A stretch of DNA of 64,000 nt from Abditibacteriaceae bacterium (lineage in GTDB: Bacteria; Armatimonadota; Abditibacteriia; Abditibacteriales; Abditibacteriaceae): positions 2,208,001-2,272,000 of the forward strand of contig OZ255721.1 in assembly GCA_965277285.1 (NCBI GenBank). The letters run 5' to 3'. The number at the start of each line of letters is the position of its first letter. Position 1 is the stretch's first letter. A program made the translations under genes and the position numbers. The notes under the pieces are model-generated. The model was not told where the DNA came from. It saw nothing but the letters and a program-made list of their open reading frames with translations, and ran no database searches. This document shows, piece after piece, positions 30,949 to 40,855 of this stretch.

Positions 30949-33297
30949 CTAACTTCCCGTATCAATGCCAACGAAGGAGCCGGTGTTGGTCGGCGCATCG
31001 AAGAACGTTGAAGGATCACCATCCAAAGCTTTAGTGAAATCGTTACCAAAGTTGCTGTAGGAACCTGGTGTGCCAAAGCCGGTTCCCGTCAAGCGCGTGG
31101 AACCATTGTAGAACTCGAGTTCTGCGACAACCGTGTAGGTGCCATTGGGTGACAAGTAGCGCAAGTAGCGATACATCGTCGTGCCAAGAGCAATGGTGGA
31201 GTACTGGTTTTCGGCAGGAGTCGAGTTAATGGTAGCCAGCGTAGTGTAGTTGGTGCCATCGTTGCTGCCCTGGAACTGGCCGCCAACCATCGTGCTTGCG
31301 ACATCCGCACGAGGATAGTAACGCGCACTTAAGGCAACAGTGCCAGGTGTGGGACCCGTATCAATGCCAACGAAGGAACCGGTGCCGGTCGGCGCATCGA
31401 AGAAGGTGGAAGGATCGCCATCCAAAGCTTTCTCGAAGCCGTTGCCAAAGTTGTTGTAGGAACCTGGTGTGCCGAACCCTGTTCCTGTCAGGCGCGTTGT
31501 TCCGTTGTAGAACTCCAACTCAGCGACAACGGTGTAAGTGCCGTTGGGCGACAAGTAGCGCAAGTAGCGATACATCGTTGAACCTAAGCTGATCGTCGAG
31601 TACTGGTTTTCGGCAGGAGTCGAAGTAATGGTAGCCAGCGTAGTGTAGTTGGTGCCATCGTTGCTGCCCTGGAACTGGCCGCCAACCATCGTGCTTGCGA
31701 CATCCGCACGAGGATAGTAACGCGCACTTAAGGCAACAGTGCCAGGTGTGGGACCCGTATCAATGCCAACGAAGGAACCGGTGCCGGTCGGCGCATCGAA
31801 GAAGGTGGAAGGATCGCCATCCAAAGCTTTCTCGAAGCCGTTGCCAAAGTTGTTGTAGGAACCTGGTGTGCCAAAGCCGGTTCCCGTCAAGCGTGTTGAA
31901 CCGTTATAGAACTCGAGTTCCGCAACAACGGTGTAGGTGCCATTAGGTGACAAGTAGCGCAAGTAGCGATACATCGTTGAACCCAGGTCAATCGTTGAGT
32001 ACTGGTTTTCGGCAGGAGTCGAGTAAATGGTGGCCAGCGTGGTGTAGTTGCTGCCATCGTTGCTGCCCTGGAACTGGCCACCAACCATCGTGCTTGCGAC
32101 ATCCGCACGAGGATAATAACGCGCACTCAATGCAACAGTGCCAGGTGTCGGCGTCGGTGTTGGTGTATCTGTTGGGGTTGATGTGGGAGTTGGCGTTGGC
32201 GTCGGTGTATCTGTTGGAGTTGGAGTTGGCGTTGGTGTTGGTTCGGGTGTGACGGGCTGCAATTCGAATGCGCCGATGTCGCTGCCATTGCCATCTGTGG
32301 CGTTGGGGATGTTGGGATCGTCGTAAGGTCGCGCCGCGCCGCGCTGATCAGTGGTCAGGCTACTGTTGCCTGCATCAAGGGCCGGGCTGCCCGCCAGCAG
32401 CGCCATGGTTTGCGTCGGGCCGCCGTTGTCCTGGAGCGGGCCGAGCTTGAGCGTAGCGGCGTCGACGTCGATGAGGTTGGCGCCGTCGTCGTAGAGCGTG
32501 CCGTGGAAGCTGCTGTAATTTGCTTCGTTGATGTTGGCGCCGGTAGGCGCGGTGTTGCCGGAAACGATGGTGTTGGTCAAACGCACTGCTCCTCGACCGA
32601 TGTCGATGGCGCCGCCGCTCTCGTCGGCAGAGTTGCCGCTAAAGGTGCAGTTGATCAGCGTGGACGTTCCGGGGTTGTCATACGAGCCGTAGTTCTCCAG
32701 CGCGCCGCCATCGCCGGCGCTGTTGCCCGCAAAGGTGCAGTTGGTCGCGGTCAGGGATGCGACGTTGTTAAGGGCGCCGCCGGCGCCGTTCCCCGTGCCG
32801 TTGCCGCTGAAGGTGCAGCCGCTCAGCACAAGGTATCCGGAGTTGTCAATCGCGCCGCCGCTCCCGTATGCTCTGAAGCCGTTGGATAACGTGAGGTTGG
32901 ACAGGCCCAGCGACGCGCCTTCATTCACGCTGATAATCCCGAATTCGTTGTCGGCGTCTTGTCCGCTGCCGCTGATGGTGACGCCGCCCGTCGTCGGGCC
33001 GGTGATGCTGATGGGAGTACTCACAGCGGGCAGTTCGTCTTGCAACTGAATGGTTTGCGCGCCGCTGCCGGGCAGGTTGAAAGTGATGTAGCTGTCGTCG
33101 GAGTTGGCGTTGGCGGCGTTGATCGCTTCGCGCAGCGTGCAATCGGTCGTGCCGCAAACGCCGTCGTCGTGGTCGTCGGTTTTGTTGACGGTGAGCGTGC
33201 TGCCGCTTTGCGGCGTGTCAGTCGTTTGTGCGTGCGCCGAAGCCGCACACAAAAACAGCAAAAAAAAGGCGAAAAACCTGGAAAACCTGTTCATCAT
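30949..33297 (-). CDS. Secreted CSLREA / choice-of-anchor-Q beta-helix protein with PT linker and three near-identical 133-aa discoidin (F5/8-C)-like modules
   Basis: DCTLREAI, GGAI repeats, LGPLQDNGGPTQT...DQRG...DIGAFE, (TP)n linker, 399-bp repeat period (30959, 31358, 31757). Confidence 0.85.
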   Translation of the reverse strand: MMNRFSRFFAFFLLFLCAASAHAQTTDTPQSGSTLTVNKTDDHDDGVCGTTDCTLREAINAANANSDDSYITFNLPGSGAQTIQLQDELPAVSTPISITGPTTGGVTISGSGQDADNEFGIISVNEGASLGLSNLTLSNGFRAYGSGGAIDNSGYLVLSGCTFSGNGTGNGAGGALNNVASLTATNCTFAGNSAGDGGALENYGSYDNPGTSTLINCTFSGNSADESGGAIDIGRGAVRLTNTIVSGNTAPTGANINEANYSSFHGTLYDDGANLIDVDAATLKLGPLQDNGGPTQTMALLAGSPALDAGNSSLTTDQRGAARPYDDPNIPNATDGNGSDIGAFELQPVTPEPTPTPTPTPTDTPTPTPTPTSTPTDTPTPTPTPGTVALSARYYPRADVASTMVGGQFQGSNDGSNYTTLATIYSTPAENQYSTIDLGSTMYRYLRYLSPNGTYTVVAELEFYNGSTRLTGTGFGTPGSYNNFGNGFEKALDGDPSTFFDAPTGTGSFVGIDTGPTPGTVALSARYYPRADVASTMVGGQFQGSNDGTNYTTLATITSTPAENQYSTISLGSTMYRYLRYLSPNGTYTVVAELEFYNGTTRLTGTGFGTPGSYNNFGNGFEKALDGDPSTFFDAPTGTGSFVGIDTGPTPGTVALSARYYPRADVASTMVGGQFQGSNDGTNYTTLATINSTPAENQYSTIALGTTMYRYLRYLSPNGTYTVVAELEFYNGSTRLTGTGFGTPGSYSNFGNDFTKALDGDPSTFFDAPTNTGSFVGIDTGS

Positions 33298-34119
33298 AAA
33301 AGTCCTTATCACAAGTTGTGCTCGCCTCAACGAAGGTGCGACAGAACCACAATGAATCGGTTCGAGAGGGCCGGGCGGCGGCGGCCAACACGCTTGTCGA
33401 GTACTCGATAATGCGCCGCGTGAGTATGAGGAAAAAGTTCAGCAGGTTCAATAGGCAGAATTACTTTTTTCCTTACGCCGCTGAAGCGTTAAGCTTTTGT
33501 GTGTCGGACTTTTGGAGACGATTAAAGGGTGATGGCTTGCAGGGTTTAGCGAACCCGAAGCGTGAGAGAGGGAGAAAAAGAGAAGGAAGAAACCGGAAGG
33601 ATGAAGAATCGAGTACTCGATTCGGTTGCAGGTTTAGGCGTGCAAACCTTAACAAGAACAGCGCTCAAGGTATGATAATAAACCCTCAGGAAAAAGAGCG
33701 TACGACTTGGCGTGGTCAAAAGGCCGCTTTGTCGTTCGTTGGTAAATTTCTTCATTTCTTGGAGCGTGTGAATGACCTTATCTCTAAAGTCATCTCAGTT
33801 GGAATTGGAGTGTTTCCTGGTGTTTTTGCCTAAGTTGTCGGCGGCAATTAACCTAAAGCACTGTGTAGTTTGATCATCTTCCCGAACTATCTTAGTGTGA
33901 AACTGAGATTTTGATTGAAGAGAAGAAAATTTATAAGAAGTCACATTGCTAAAACCTGTCAAGCCCACGCACAAAAGTGCGCCCGTCGAGTACTCGATGC
34001 AGGCGCGCTTTTTATAGTTATGTGAAATGATCCCATCCGCACAGAAAACAACGAGCCGGAAGCTGCTAAAATGACCCTCGGCTTTGAAAGGCGGCTTTCC
34101 GTTTTCTTCCCCCTCGCTG

Positions 34120-35160
34120 ATGAGTACTCTTGTCCCCGCTTTGGAATCACTCGCGCCCGAAGTTCTGGCGCCGATTGCTTGCCCTCTGGCGTCAGAGCAC
34201 CCGCCGTCGGTGTATCTCGCTTCGCTGGCACTGGGCAGCCGCCGCGCGATGACGCAGGCGCTCGACACCATCGCGCAACTTCTCACTGGCGGACGCTGCA
34301 ATGCCGATACGCTGCCCTGGCCCAATCTTCGTTACCAACACACCGCTGCCATTCGCGCAACCTTAGCCGACCGCTACGCCTCCGCCACCGCCAACAAGAT
34401 GCTGGCCGCGCTCAAGGGCGTGCTCAAAGCGGCCTGGCGCCTGGGCCAAATGGACACCGAAAGTTATCTGCGCGCGGTCGATATTTCCTCTGTGCGCGGT
34501 TCGACGCTGCCCCGTGGTCGTGCGCTTGGCGCCGGTGAGATGAGCGCGCTTTTTACCGCCTGCACCTCTGACACCAGCGCACGCGGCGCGCGCGATGCCG
34601 CGCTTTTAGGCGTGTTGTATGGCTCCGGTTTGCGCCGTTCGGAAGCCGTCGCGCTCGATGTGACCGATTACGACATCGAAGCGGGTTCTCTGACGGTGCG
34701 CAGTGGCAAAGGCAACAAGGCGCGCCTGGTTTATGTGGTTGATGGTGCGCGCGAAGCGTTGACCGCGTGGCTGTGCGCGCGAGGACGAAAAAGCGGGCCG
34801 TTGTTTGTGCCGGTCTTTGCTTCGGGTCGCATGAAGGCGCGGCGCTTGAACGATCAGGCGGTGATGGATATTTTGTGCAAGCGCGCCCGCGAAGCGCGCG
34901 TTCAAAACGTTTCGCCGCACGATCTGCGCCGCACCTTTATCAGTAACCTGTTGGGCGCAGGCGCCGATCTGGTGACGGTGCAGAAGATGGCAGGCCATGC
35001 CAACGTGACGACCACGGCGCGCTACGACCGCCGCGATGAGGTCAGCAAGCGCAAAGCCTCGCAACTGATTCATGTTCCGGTCGTGGTCAGCGCGTTGTGG
35101 CTGTCGTCGAGCTGGGCTTTGGAAGTCCTCGATCAGGTGGCGGAGATTTTGCCGTTGTGA
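34120..35160 (+). CDS. Tyrosine recombinase/integrase
   Basis: GLRRSE, KGNKAR, PHDLRRTF, GHANVTTTARYD: full R-K-H-R-H-Y set. Confidence 0.92.
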   Translation: MSTLVPALESLAPEVLAPIACPLASEHPPSVYLASLALGSRRAMTQALDTIAQLLTGGRCNADTLPWPNLRYQHTAAIRATLADRYASATANKMLAALKGVLKAAWRLGQMDTESYLRAVDISSVRGSTLPRGRALGAGEMSALFTACTSDTSARGARDAALLGVLYGSGLRRSEAVALDVTDYDIEAGSLTVRSGKGNKARLVYVVDGAREALTAWLCARGRKSGPLFVPVFASGRMKARRLNDQAVMDILCKRAREARVQNVSPHDLRRTFISNLLGAGADLVTVQKMAGHANVTTTARYDRRDEVSKRKASQLIHVPVVVSALWLSSSWALEVLDQVAEILPL

Positions 35161-35332
35161 GATTTTGTCGTCGTGAAAGGTGGTTGAACTTCTGTGAGAA
35201 GCGCTATTACCATAAACTATCTACCCACTTCTTAAAAGTGGGTAAAATGAACCAAATAGCAAAGCGAGTACTCGATTGATTCGAGTACTCGCTTTTTCTT
35301 TTGCCTGCTGAAGCAAAGAAACCTTTGCATTA

Positions 35333-35348
35333 ACCTAAGCCATTAGGT
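35333..35348. promoter_or_regulatory. Candidate operator palindrome upstream of the DUF4160/DUF2442 pair
   Basis: ACCTAA-GCCA-TTAGGT about 25 bp upstream of ATG 35373. Confidence 0.4.
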
Positions 35349-35372
35349 AGAATCGAAGGTGAGGATAACGCT

Positions 35373-35629
35373 ATGGGCAAAGTGCTTTTACAAGATGGCT
35401 ACCGCATTACAATCAACACCAATGACCATAGTCCGCCGCGCACGTCCATGTGTGGAAAAACGATGGCGTGATTGTGGTTTATTTGAACGGTGAAAAAGGC
35501 GATGAAGAGGGCGTTTTGTGGGTACGGGAAACGCGCGACTTGAAAGCGCAAGAAGCGCGTAAAGCGTTAGAACTGGTGCGCGGTAGTCACGCGCAGTGTT
35601 TGGCCAAATGGGAGGAAATTCATGGCTAA
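35373..35629 (+). pseudogene. DUF4160-family (HicA-like putative toxin), frameshifted
   Basis: Own translation MGKVLLQDGYRITINTNDHSPP, then 2 extra nt (CG), then HVHVWKND...LAKWEEIHG*; overlaps start of next gene. Confidence 0.8.
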
Positions 35630-36149
35630 AATTCATCCGTTGCCAGAAGTTACCGATGAAGATCTGGAAGCGGCGAGCCGTCGTGGGCTGGTAAGCAATG
35701 TCGGCGAAGTCCGAGCGACAGCGGCCTGGTACAACGAATCGGCGCAGTTGCTCATCTTGACGTTGCGCGGTGGTCTGACAACATTAATTCCTGTGCGTCT
35801 CTTGCAGGGCGTGGCGGGTGCAGCAGCCAACGACATCGCGCAAGTCGAATTGTGGGGCAGCGGCTCGGCGCTGCATTGGGAAAAGCTCGACGCAGACTTC
35901 AGTGTTCAGGACGTAATTGCCGGAAGTTTCGGGACACGCGCCTGGATGCAGAAATTGGAAGATGGCGGTTTGCTGGACACGGCTTCGGTCAAACGGCGGC
36001 GCGATGTGGATCAACTGCTGGGCGTTTCTGCGGCGCAAATGGGACGCAAAGGCGGCGCGGCGCGCACACCGGCAAAAGCGCTATCATCACGCGTCAACGG
36101 CGCCAAAGGCGGACGGCCTCGCAAAGTCGTGCAAAAGCAAACGGCGTAA
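35622..36149 (+). CDS. DUF2442-family protein (putative antitoxin)
   Basis: GSALHWEKLDADFSV, C-terminal GRKGG...NGAKGGRPRK. Confidence 0.82.
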   Translation: MAKIHPLPEVTDEDLEAASRRGLVSNVGEVRATAAWYNESAQLLILTLRGGLTTLIPVRLLQGVAGAAANDIAQVELWGSGSALHWEKLDADFSVQDVIAGSFGTRAWMQKLEDGGLLDTASVKRRRDVDQLLGVSAAQMGRKGGAARTPAKALSSRVNGAKGGRPRKVVQKQTA

Positions 36150-36215
36150 CCTTTCCACACGCCCGATCAGTGTGGCTCCCAGTTTGTGCCAATCAGGACT
36201 GCACTCGGAAACAGC

Positions 36216-36259
36216 AAAAAGGCGCTACAGCATTGCCTCTGTAGCGCCTTTTATGTTTT
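36216..36259 (+). terminator. Intrinsic terminator
   Basis: AAAAGGCGCTACAG...CTGTAGCGCCTTTT. Confidence 0.7.
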
Positions 36260-37184
36260 GAGTCGAGCACTCGATTACATTGAAACCGATGACCAAAACT
36301 GCTCGCTGTGAGTCAGGACGCTAAAATCTCCTGGCGATTGGTGATGCCATTTTCGTGCATCCAAGAGGCATCTCAAGCTATGTCCCCTTCGCCAAAAAAG
36401 TGCGCAAATATTTTACAAAGTTTTACACATTTCGACTTCAGGAAAATGGCTGTAAGTCCATTTAACCCTTATCCAATAATGCGCAAATGAAACAAAACGC
36501 ACGAAAAAGAAAACGCGTTGTAAAAACTTTTGTGCGTTGGAAAAATCATCCAAATAGACTGCTTTTCGCGGCTTTTCCCATCCCGAAAATAATTCGCAAA
36601 GCGAGAAAAAGTGAGGTGCCGAGAGGTGCCGAATGGATGCTTTCGCTTGCACCGCGTAACGCATGACTGCCTCACTTCGGCGATTGTCCCGACGGTTTGT
36701 ACCGGTCGGTTTGTACCGATCATGCACAAGATGCAGGAAAGACAGACACGAAAAAGCCCTGCGTCAAATACAATCCGGCGCAGGGTACACTCAAGACCCA
36801 TTAACTGCTAATGGTACTGGGGACGGTTTTTCAACCGCCCTGGCCTGTCGCCTCAACCCATCCGAAGCGACTCGCCCGCGTCCTCGATTCAACGACGCTT
36901 TTGTTTCCGCGTATCCTTGCCTTAGCGGGGCAGACCCTTACGAGATAGGCCCGCGCGGGACAACTCTACCAAACAGATTATACGTCTCTGGCATGAAGAT
37001 GAGAATTTTTTAGTCGAACCGATTGACCGATTGCACGAGCAATGAAATCTTTCCATTCCCTAAAAGGCTTTGGTGCATGGACTCGACAGGTTGTAGCGTT
37101 GCGACTGCGTATAAATTTTCTTCTCTATTGAAGAATGGCATACTTTTCGGGGAACAGGTCAAGCACCTCAACAGGGTGAGCTGC

Positions 37185-37340
37185 GGACGGCACTTTCGGG
37201 CGTTGACGATTGTGGATGTGCATAGCAGCGCGTGCCTGGCATTGAAAGTCGATACCAGCTTGAGGGGTGAGCGTGTGGTGAGCGTGCTCGAACGGCTCCG
37301 AGAAACGCGCGAGTTGCCTCAGATCATCCAAACCAACAAT
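37185..37340 (+). mobile_element. IS3-family transposase remnant
   Basis: GRHFRALTIVDVHSSACLALKVDTSLRGERVVSVLERL...LPQIIQTNN resembles the IS3 integrase core. Confidence 0.75.
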
Positions 37341-37410
37341 AGACCCTACATCATTCGTCTTGCGCGCGCACTGTATCAGCCGTTGCAGTCTTGCCCTTAC
37401 ACCTTTTCTC

Positions 37411-38568
37411 TCAGTTTTGTGAGAAAGGTATTGAGAAAAAGAAAGTGCTGCCTATGCCGACTTCGCTTTCGAGCCAGATAGCACCACCGTGTGCTTCGAC
37501 CGCGAGTTTGCAAAAAGTGAGTCCCAAACCAGTCGACATCTTGCGGCCCGCTTTGCGCGATTCGACTTGACCGAACTTTTCAAAAATGCGCTGCTGATCT
37601 TCCAGTGGCACGCCTTCGCCGCTATCTTTGACCCATACGACGATCTCGCTGCCTTCGGACTTCGCGCCCAACACGATAGAGCCGTTGGACGGCGTAAACT
37701 TCAGAGCATTGTTCAACAAATTGATGAGAACGCGGCGCATCAAATCAGCATCGACTTGAACCAACGGCAAGTCATTCGAGTACTCGAATGCGATGCGTGG
37801 TCGATCCTCGTTATATATCAGCACGACTTGTTCGAGCGCTTCTCCAGCGATCTTGGTAATGTCGTTTTCGCGCGTTCGTAACGTCATGCTGCCGTCTTCC
37901 ATTTTGCTGGTGTCGAGCAAATCATTGATCAAATGCAGCAAGCGATGACCGCTGCGCGACGACATCGCCACGATTTCGCGCTGCGTTTCGTTCAAGGTGC
38001 CCAGGCTTTGGGTTTCCAGCATTTCGAGAGGCCCTAAAAGCGTGGTTAGCGGCGTACGTAGATCGTGAACCAACATCGCGGCCAGGTCGTCGCGCAACGC
38101 TTCGGCGCGTTTCAGTTCACTATGTGTGCCCGCCAACTCGTTGTAAGCGCGTTCCAATTCATCGCGCCCGCGCTTGACACGCAACAGAGAACGCACGCGC
38201 GCGATTACTTCCGTGCTATCAACCGGCTTGCTTAAGAAGTCGTCAGCACCCTCTTCAAGGGCGCGCACACGGTCTTCGGTTTCTTGAAGGGCGGTCACCA
38301 TCACGATCTGGAGAGTGCTCGTTTGCGGGTTGGCACGCAGTCGGCGGCACACTTCAAAGCCGTCCATTCCGGGCATCATCACGTCGAGCAGCACGATGTC
38401 GGGCGGATCGGAAAGCACTTTTTCCAACGCTTCCTGTCCGCTTTGTGCCGTCGAGACTTCGTGGCCTGCGTTCCGCAAAATGCGTCCCAACAAACGTACA
38501 TTCGCCGCGATGTCATCGACGACGAGCATTCGTCCGCCTTGTTGTTCTTCTGATGTCAATTCTGCCAT
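37411..38568 (-). CDS. REC-HisKA-HATPase hybrid kinase
   Basis: LLDVMMPGMDG, HDLRTPL, NLLNNALKFT, GLGLTFC. Confidence 0.93.
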   Translation of the reverse strand: MAELTSEEQQGGRMLVVDDIAANVRLLGRILRNAGHEVSTAQSGQEALEKVLSDPPDIVLLDVMMPGMDGFEVCRRLRANPQTSTLQIVMVTALQETEDRVRALEEGADDFLSKPVDSTEVIARVRSLLRVKRGRDELERAYNELAGTHSELKRAEALRDDLAAMLVHDLRTPLTTLLGPLEMLETQSLGTLNETQREIVAMSSRSGHRLLHLINDLLDTSKMEDGSMTLRTRENDITKIAGEALEQVVLIYNEDRPRIAFEYSNDLPLVQVDADLMRRVLINLLNNALKFTPSNGSIVLGAKSEGSEIVVWVKDSGEGVPLEDQQRIFEKFGQVESRKAGRKMSTGLGLTFCKLAVEAHGGAIWLESEVGIGSTFFFSIPFSQN

Positions 38569-38574
38569 AAGAGT

Positions 38575-38982
38575 TTAAGAGCGCAAGTAAACAGCGAGCT
38601 GCTGACCAAACACAGCCGGATCAATCGGTTTAGGAATATGGCCATCGCAACCCGCTTCCAGTGTTTTGTGGCGGTCGGTGTCCATGACCGAAGCCGTCAC
38701 CGCAACAATTGGAATGTCGCACGTTTGTGGATCGGCGCGCAGCAATTTCGTGGCTTCCAGGCCGTCCATCTCGGGCATTTGGATGTCCATTAAAATCATG
38801 TCCGGTTGCTCGTTCTGCGCCATTTCGATTCCCGCTCGCGCACCTTCAGCTTCCAAAATCTGCGCGCCTTCCATCCTCAAAACCGCGCGGAACAAACGCA
38901 TATTTTCTGGAATATCTTCAATAACGAGTACTCGTTTGCCTTCCAACGTGCTTTTGGACGACGCTGCTTCTGGTTTATTCAT
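38575..38982 (-). CDS. Single-domain response regulator (DivK-like)
   Basis: VIED, MDIQMPEMDG, KPID. Confidence 0.92.
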   Translation of the reverse strand: MNKPEAASSKSTLEGKRVLVIEDIPENMRLFRAVLRMEGAQILEAEGARAGIEMAQNEQPDMILMDIQMPEMDGLEATKLLRADPQTCDIPIVAVTASVMDTDRHKTLEAGCDGHIPKPIDPAVFGQQLAVYLRS

Positions 38983-39040
38983 TGGAAATCCACCTTTTGA
39001 TATTCGCTCGCACCGTGCTCATGCGCCTTTAGATCTTTGC

Positions 39041-40729
39041 TTACTCGTTCTCTTCAACTTCTTCATCCAAAATCAGCGGCAAGCTAAACGAGAATGTGCT
39101 GCCTTCGTTGGGCACCGTTTGTAGCCAGATTTCGCCGCCATGCAATTGGACGATGCGACGTGTCAACGCCAACCCCAAACCGGTGCCTTGCTGTTGACGC
39201 GCATAGGAACTATCGACTTGCTCGAACGCGCTAAAGACGCGCTCCTGGTCTTCGGGCTGAATGCCGATGCCGCTGTCTTTCACGGAAATCACGATACGTT
39301 TGTCCTCGCGCTCATCGTCCAAGCGCGCGATCACCGAAATCGTGCCGTTGTCAGGCGTGAATTTGACGGCGTTCGAGAGAAGGTTATACATGATTTGCTT
39401 GACTTTTCGTTGATCGGCGACCAGTGGTGGCAAATCAAGTACTCGATCTTCAAAATCTGTGGTCAAGGCCAAATTATGCGCCTGCGCGTTTTCGCGCACA
39501 ATCGTCAGGCTTTGTTCCAACAGTTCCGACAAGACAAAAGGCGCGGCGTGGAGAACCAGTTTTCCCGCTTCGATTTTGGCGATGTCCAAAATGTCGTTGA
39601 TGAGTTGCAGCAAGTGCTCGGCTCCTTGCACGACATCATTCATGTAATCTTTCTGATCGTCGTTGAGCGGGCCAACGCGCGGATCCAACAGCAGCTTGCT
39701 GAAACCGATGATAGCGTTCAACGGCGTGCGCAATTCATGGCTGACACTGGAGATAAACTCGCTTTTGGCGAGGTTCGCACGTTCGGCTTCATCGCGTGCG
39801 TTTTCGGCTTCCTCGCGCGCCAGCACAAGCGAGAATTCGGCTTTTTTGCGCTCGGAAATATCGCGCACGACAGCAACGAAGCGGCTCGATTTGTCGTTGA
39901 GCACGATAAATTGCAGCGAAACTTCGACGGGAAAAAGGTCGCCCTCTTTGCGGCGGTACCTCGTTTCGTAAGTGTGCGCCGTGATGCGCCCATCGCGCGC
40001 TGGTTCTTTCAAAGGCTCCAGCATGGCGCGAAAACTGGCTTCATCGAATTCGTCGCCCATGTTGAGCGGCGTCATTTCGAGCATTTCTTGGCGGTCGAAT
40101 CCCAATTGCTGAAGCGCGCCTTGGTTGACATAAGAAAATTTCAAAGTTTCCGGATCGAACATCCACACGCAATCGAGAGTGAGATCGAGAGTTCTCTTGA
40201 AGCTGGCCAACTGCGCTTCCGATGCTTTCAAATCTTCCGCGTGACGTCGTTCAACATCGCGTTCGCGTCGCGTCGCTTCCAGTTCGAGTTCACGATGCTC
40301 GGTTTGCCTTAATAATTCCGCTTGCTCTTTGATTTGCTCGCCTTTTTTCCACAGCTCGACAAAAACTAAAACTTTGGATAGCAAAATATCGGCATTGAAG
40401 GGCTTGGCGATATAATCGACGGCGCCCGCCGTATAACCCTGAAAAATGTAGCGTTCGTCTTTGCTGATCGCCGTTACAAAAATAATCGGGATGTGCTTTG
40501 TTTTGTCGCGCTCCTTGATCAAGGTCGCGGTTTCAAAACCGTCCATGCCGGGCATTTGAACATCCAGCAAAATCAAGGCGAAATCGTGCTGCAATAATTG
40601 CTTCAAGGCTTCGCGCCCCGAACCCGCGCGCACCAAATTCTGCCCCAAAGGCGACAAAATCGCGTCCAAAGCAAATAAGTTTTCGGGACGGTCGTCCACC
40701 ATCAAAATGTTGGCTATATGTTCAGGCAT
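39041..40729 (-). CDS. REC-PAS-HisKA-HATPase hybrid kinase (OsaB-like REC)
   Basis: [38 protein letters not shown]; start placed at MPEH because upstream sequence is a family-B repeat. Confidence 0.9.
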   Translation of the reverse strand: MPEHIANILMVDDRPENLFALDAILSPLGQNLVRAGSGREALKQLLQHDFALILLDVQMPGMDGFETATLIKERDKTKHIPIIFVTAISKDERYIFQGYTAGAVDYIAKPFNADILLSKVLVFVELWKKGEQIKEQAELLRQTEHRELELEATRRERDVERRHAEDLKASEAQLASFKRTLDLTLDCVWMFDPETLKFSYVNQGALQQLGFDRQEMLEMTPLNMGDEFDEASFRAMLEPLKEPARDGRITAHTYETRYRRKEGDLFPVEVSLQFIVLNDKSSRFVAVVRDISERKKAEFSLVLAREEAENARDEAERANLAKSEFISSVSHELRTPLNAIIGFSKLLLDPRVGPLNDDQKDYMNDVVQGAEHLLQLINDILDIAKIEAGKLVLHAAPFVLSELLEQSLTIVRENAQAHNLALTTDFEDRVLDLPPLVADQRKVKQIMYNLLSNAVKFTPDNGTISVIARLDDEREDKRIVISVKDSGIGIQPEDQERVFSAFEQVDSSYARQQQGTGLGLALTRRIVQLHGGEIWLQTVPNEGSTFSFSLPLILDEEVEENE

Positions 40730-40764
40730 AAAGAAAGATTCAATATCGAGTACTCGATTGACCA

Positions 40765-40848
40765 AACGAAGCCTGAGCGTAAGCGGCTGGTGAACTATCA
40801 CTGACGTGAAACTGATAATTCACTCGTCGCTTATGCTCAGGCTTCGTT
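40765..40848. repeat. REP-like inverted repeat, family B
   Basis: AACGAAGCCTGAGCGTAAGCG...CGCTTATGCTCAGGCTTCGTT. Confidence 0.7.
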
Positions 40849-40855
40849 CGCCAAA

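Noticed and set aside
34120..36300. Integron with gene cassettes
   Set aside because: No IntI-specific insertion is evident in the recombinase and no convincing attC sites were seen.
16817..37345. Integrative element inserted at tRNA-His using the 34120 recombinase
   Set aside because: I found no duplicated tRNA 3' end, the recombinase is 17 kb away, and intervening genes carry core-like motif density.
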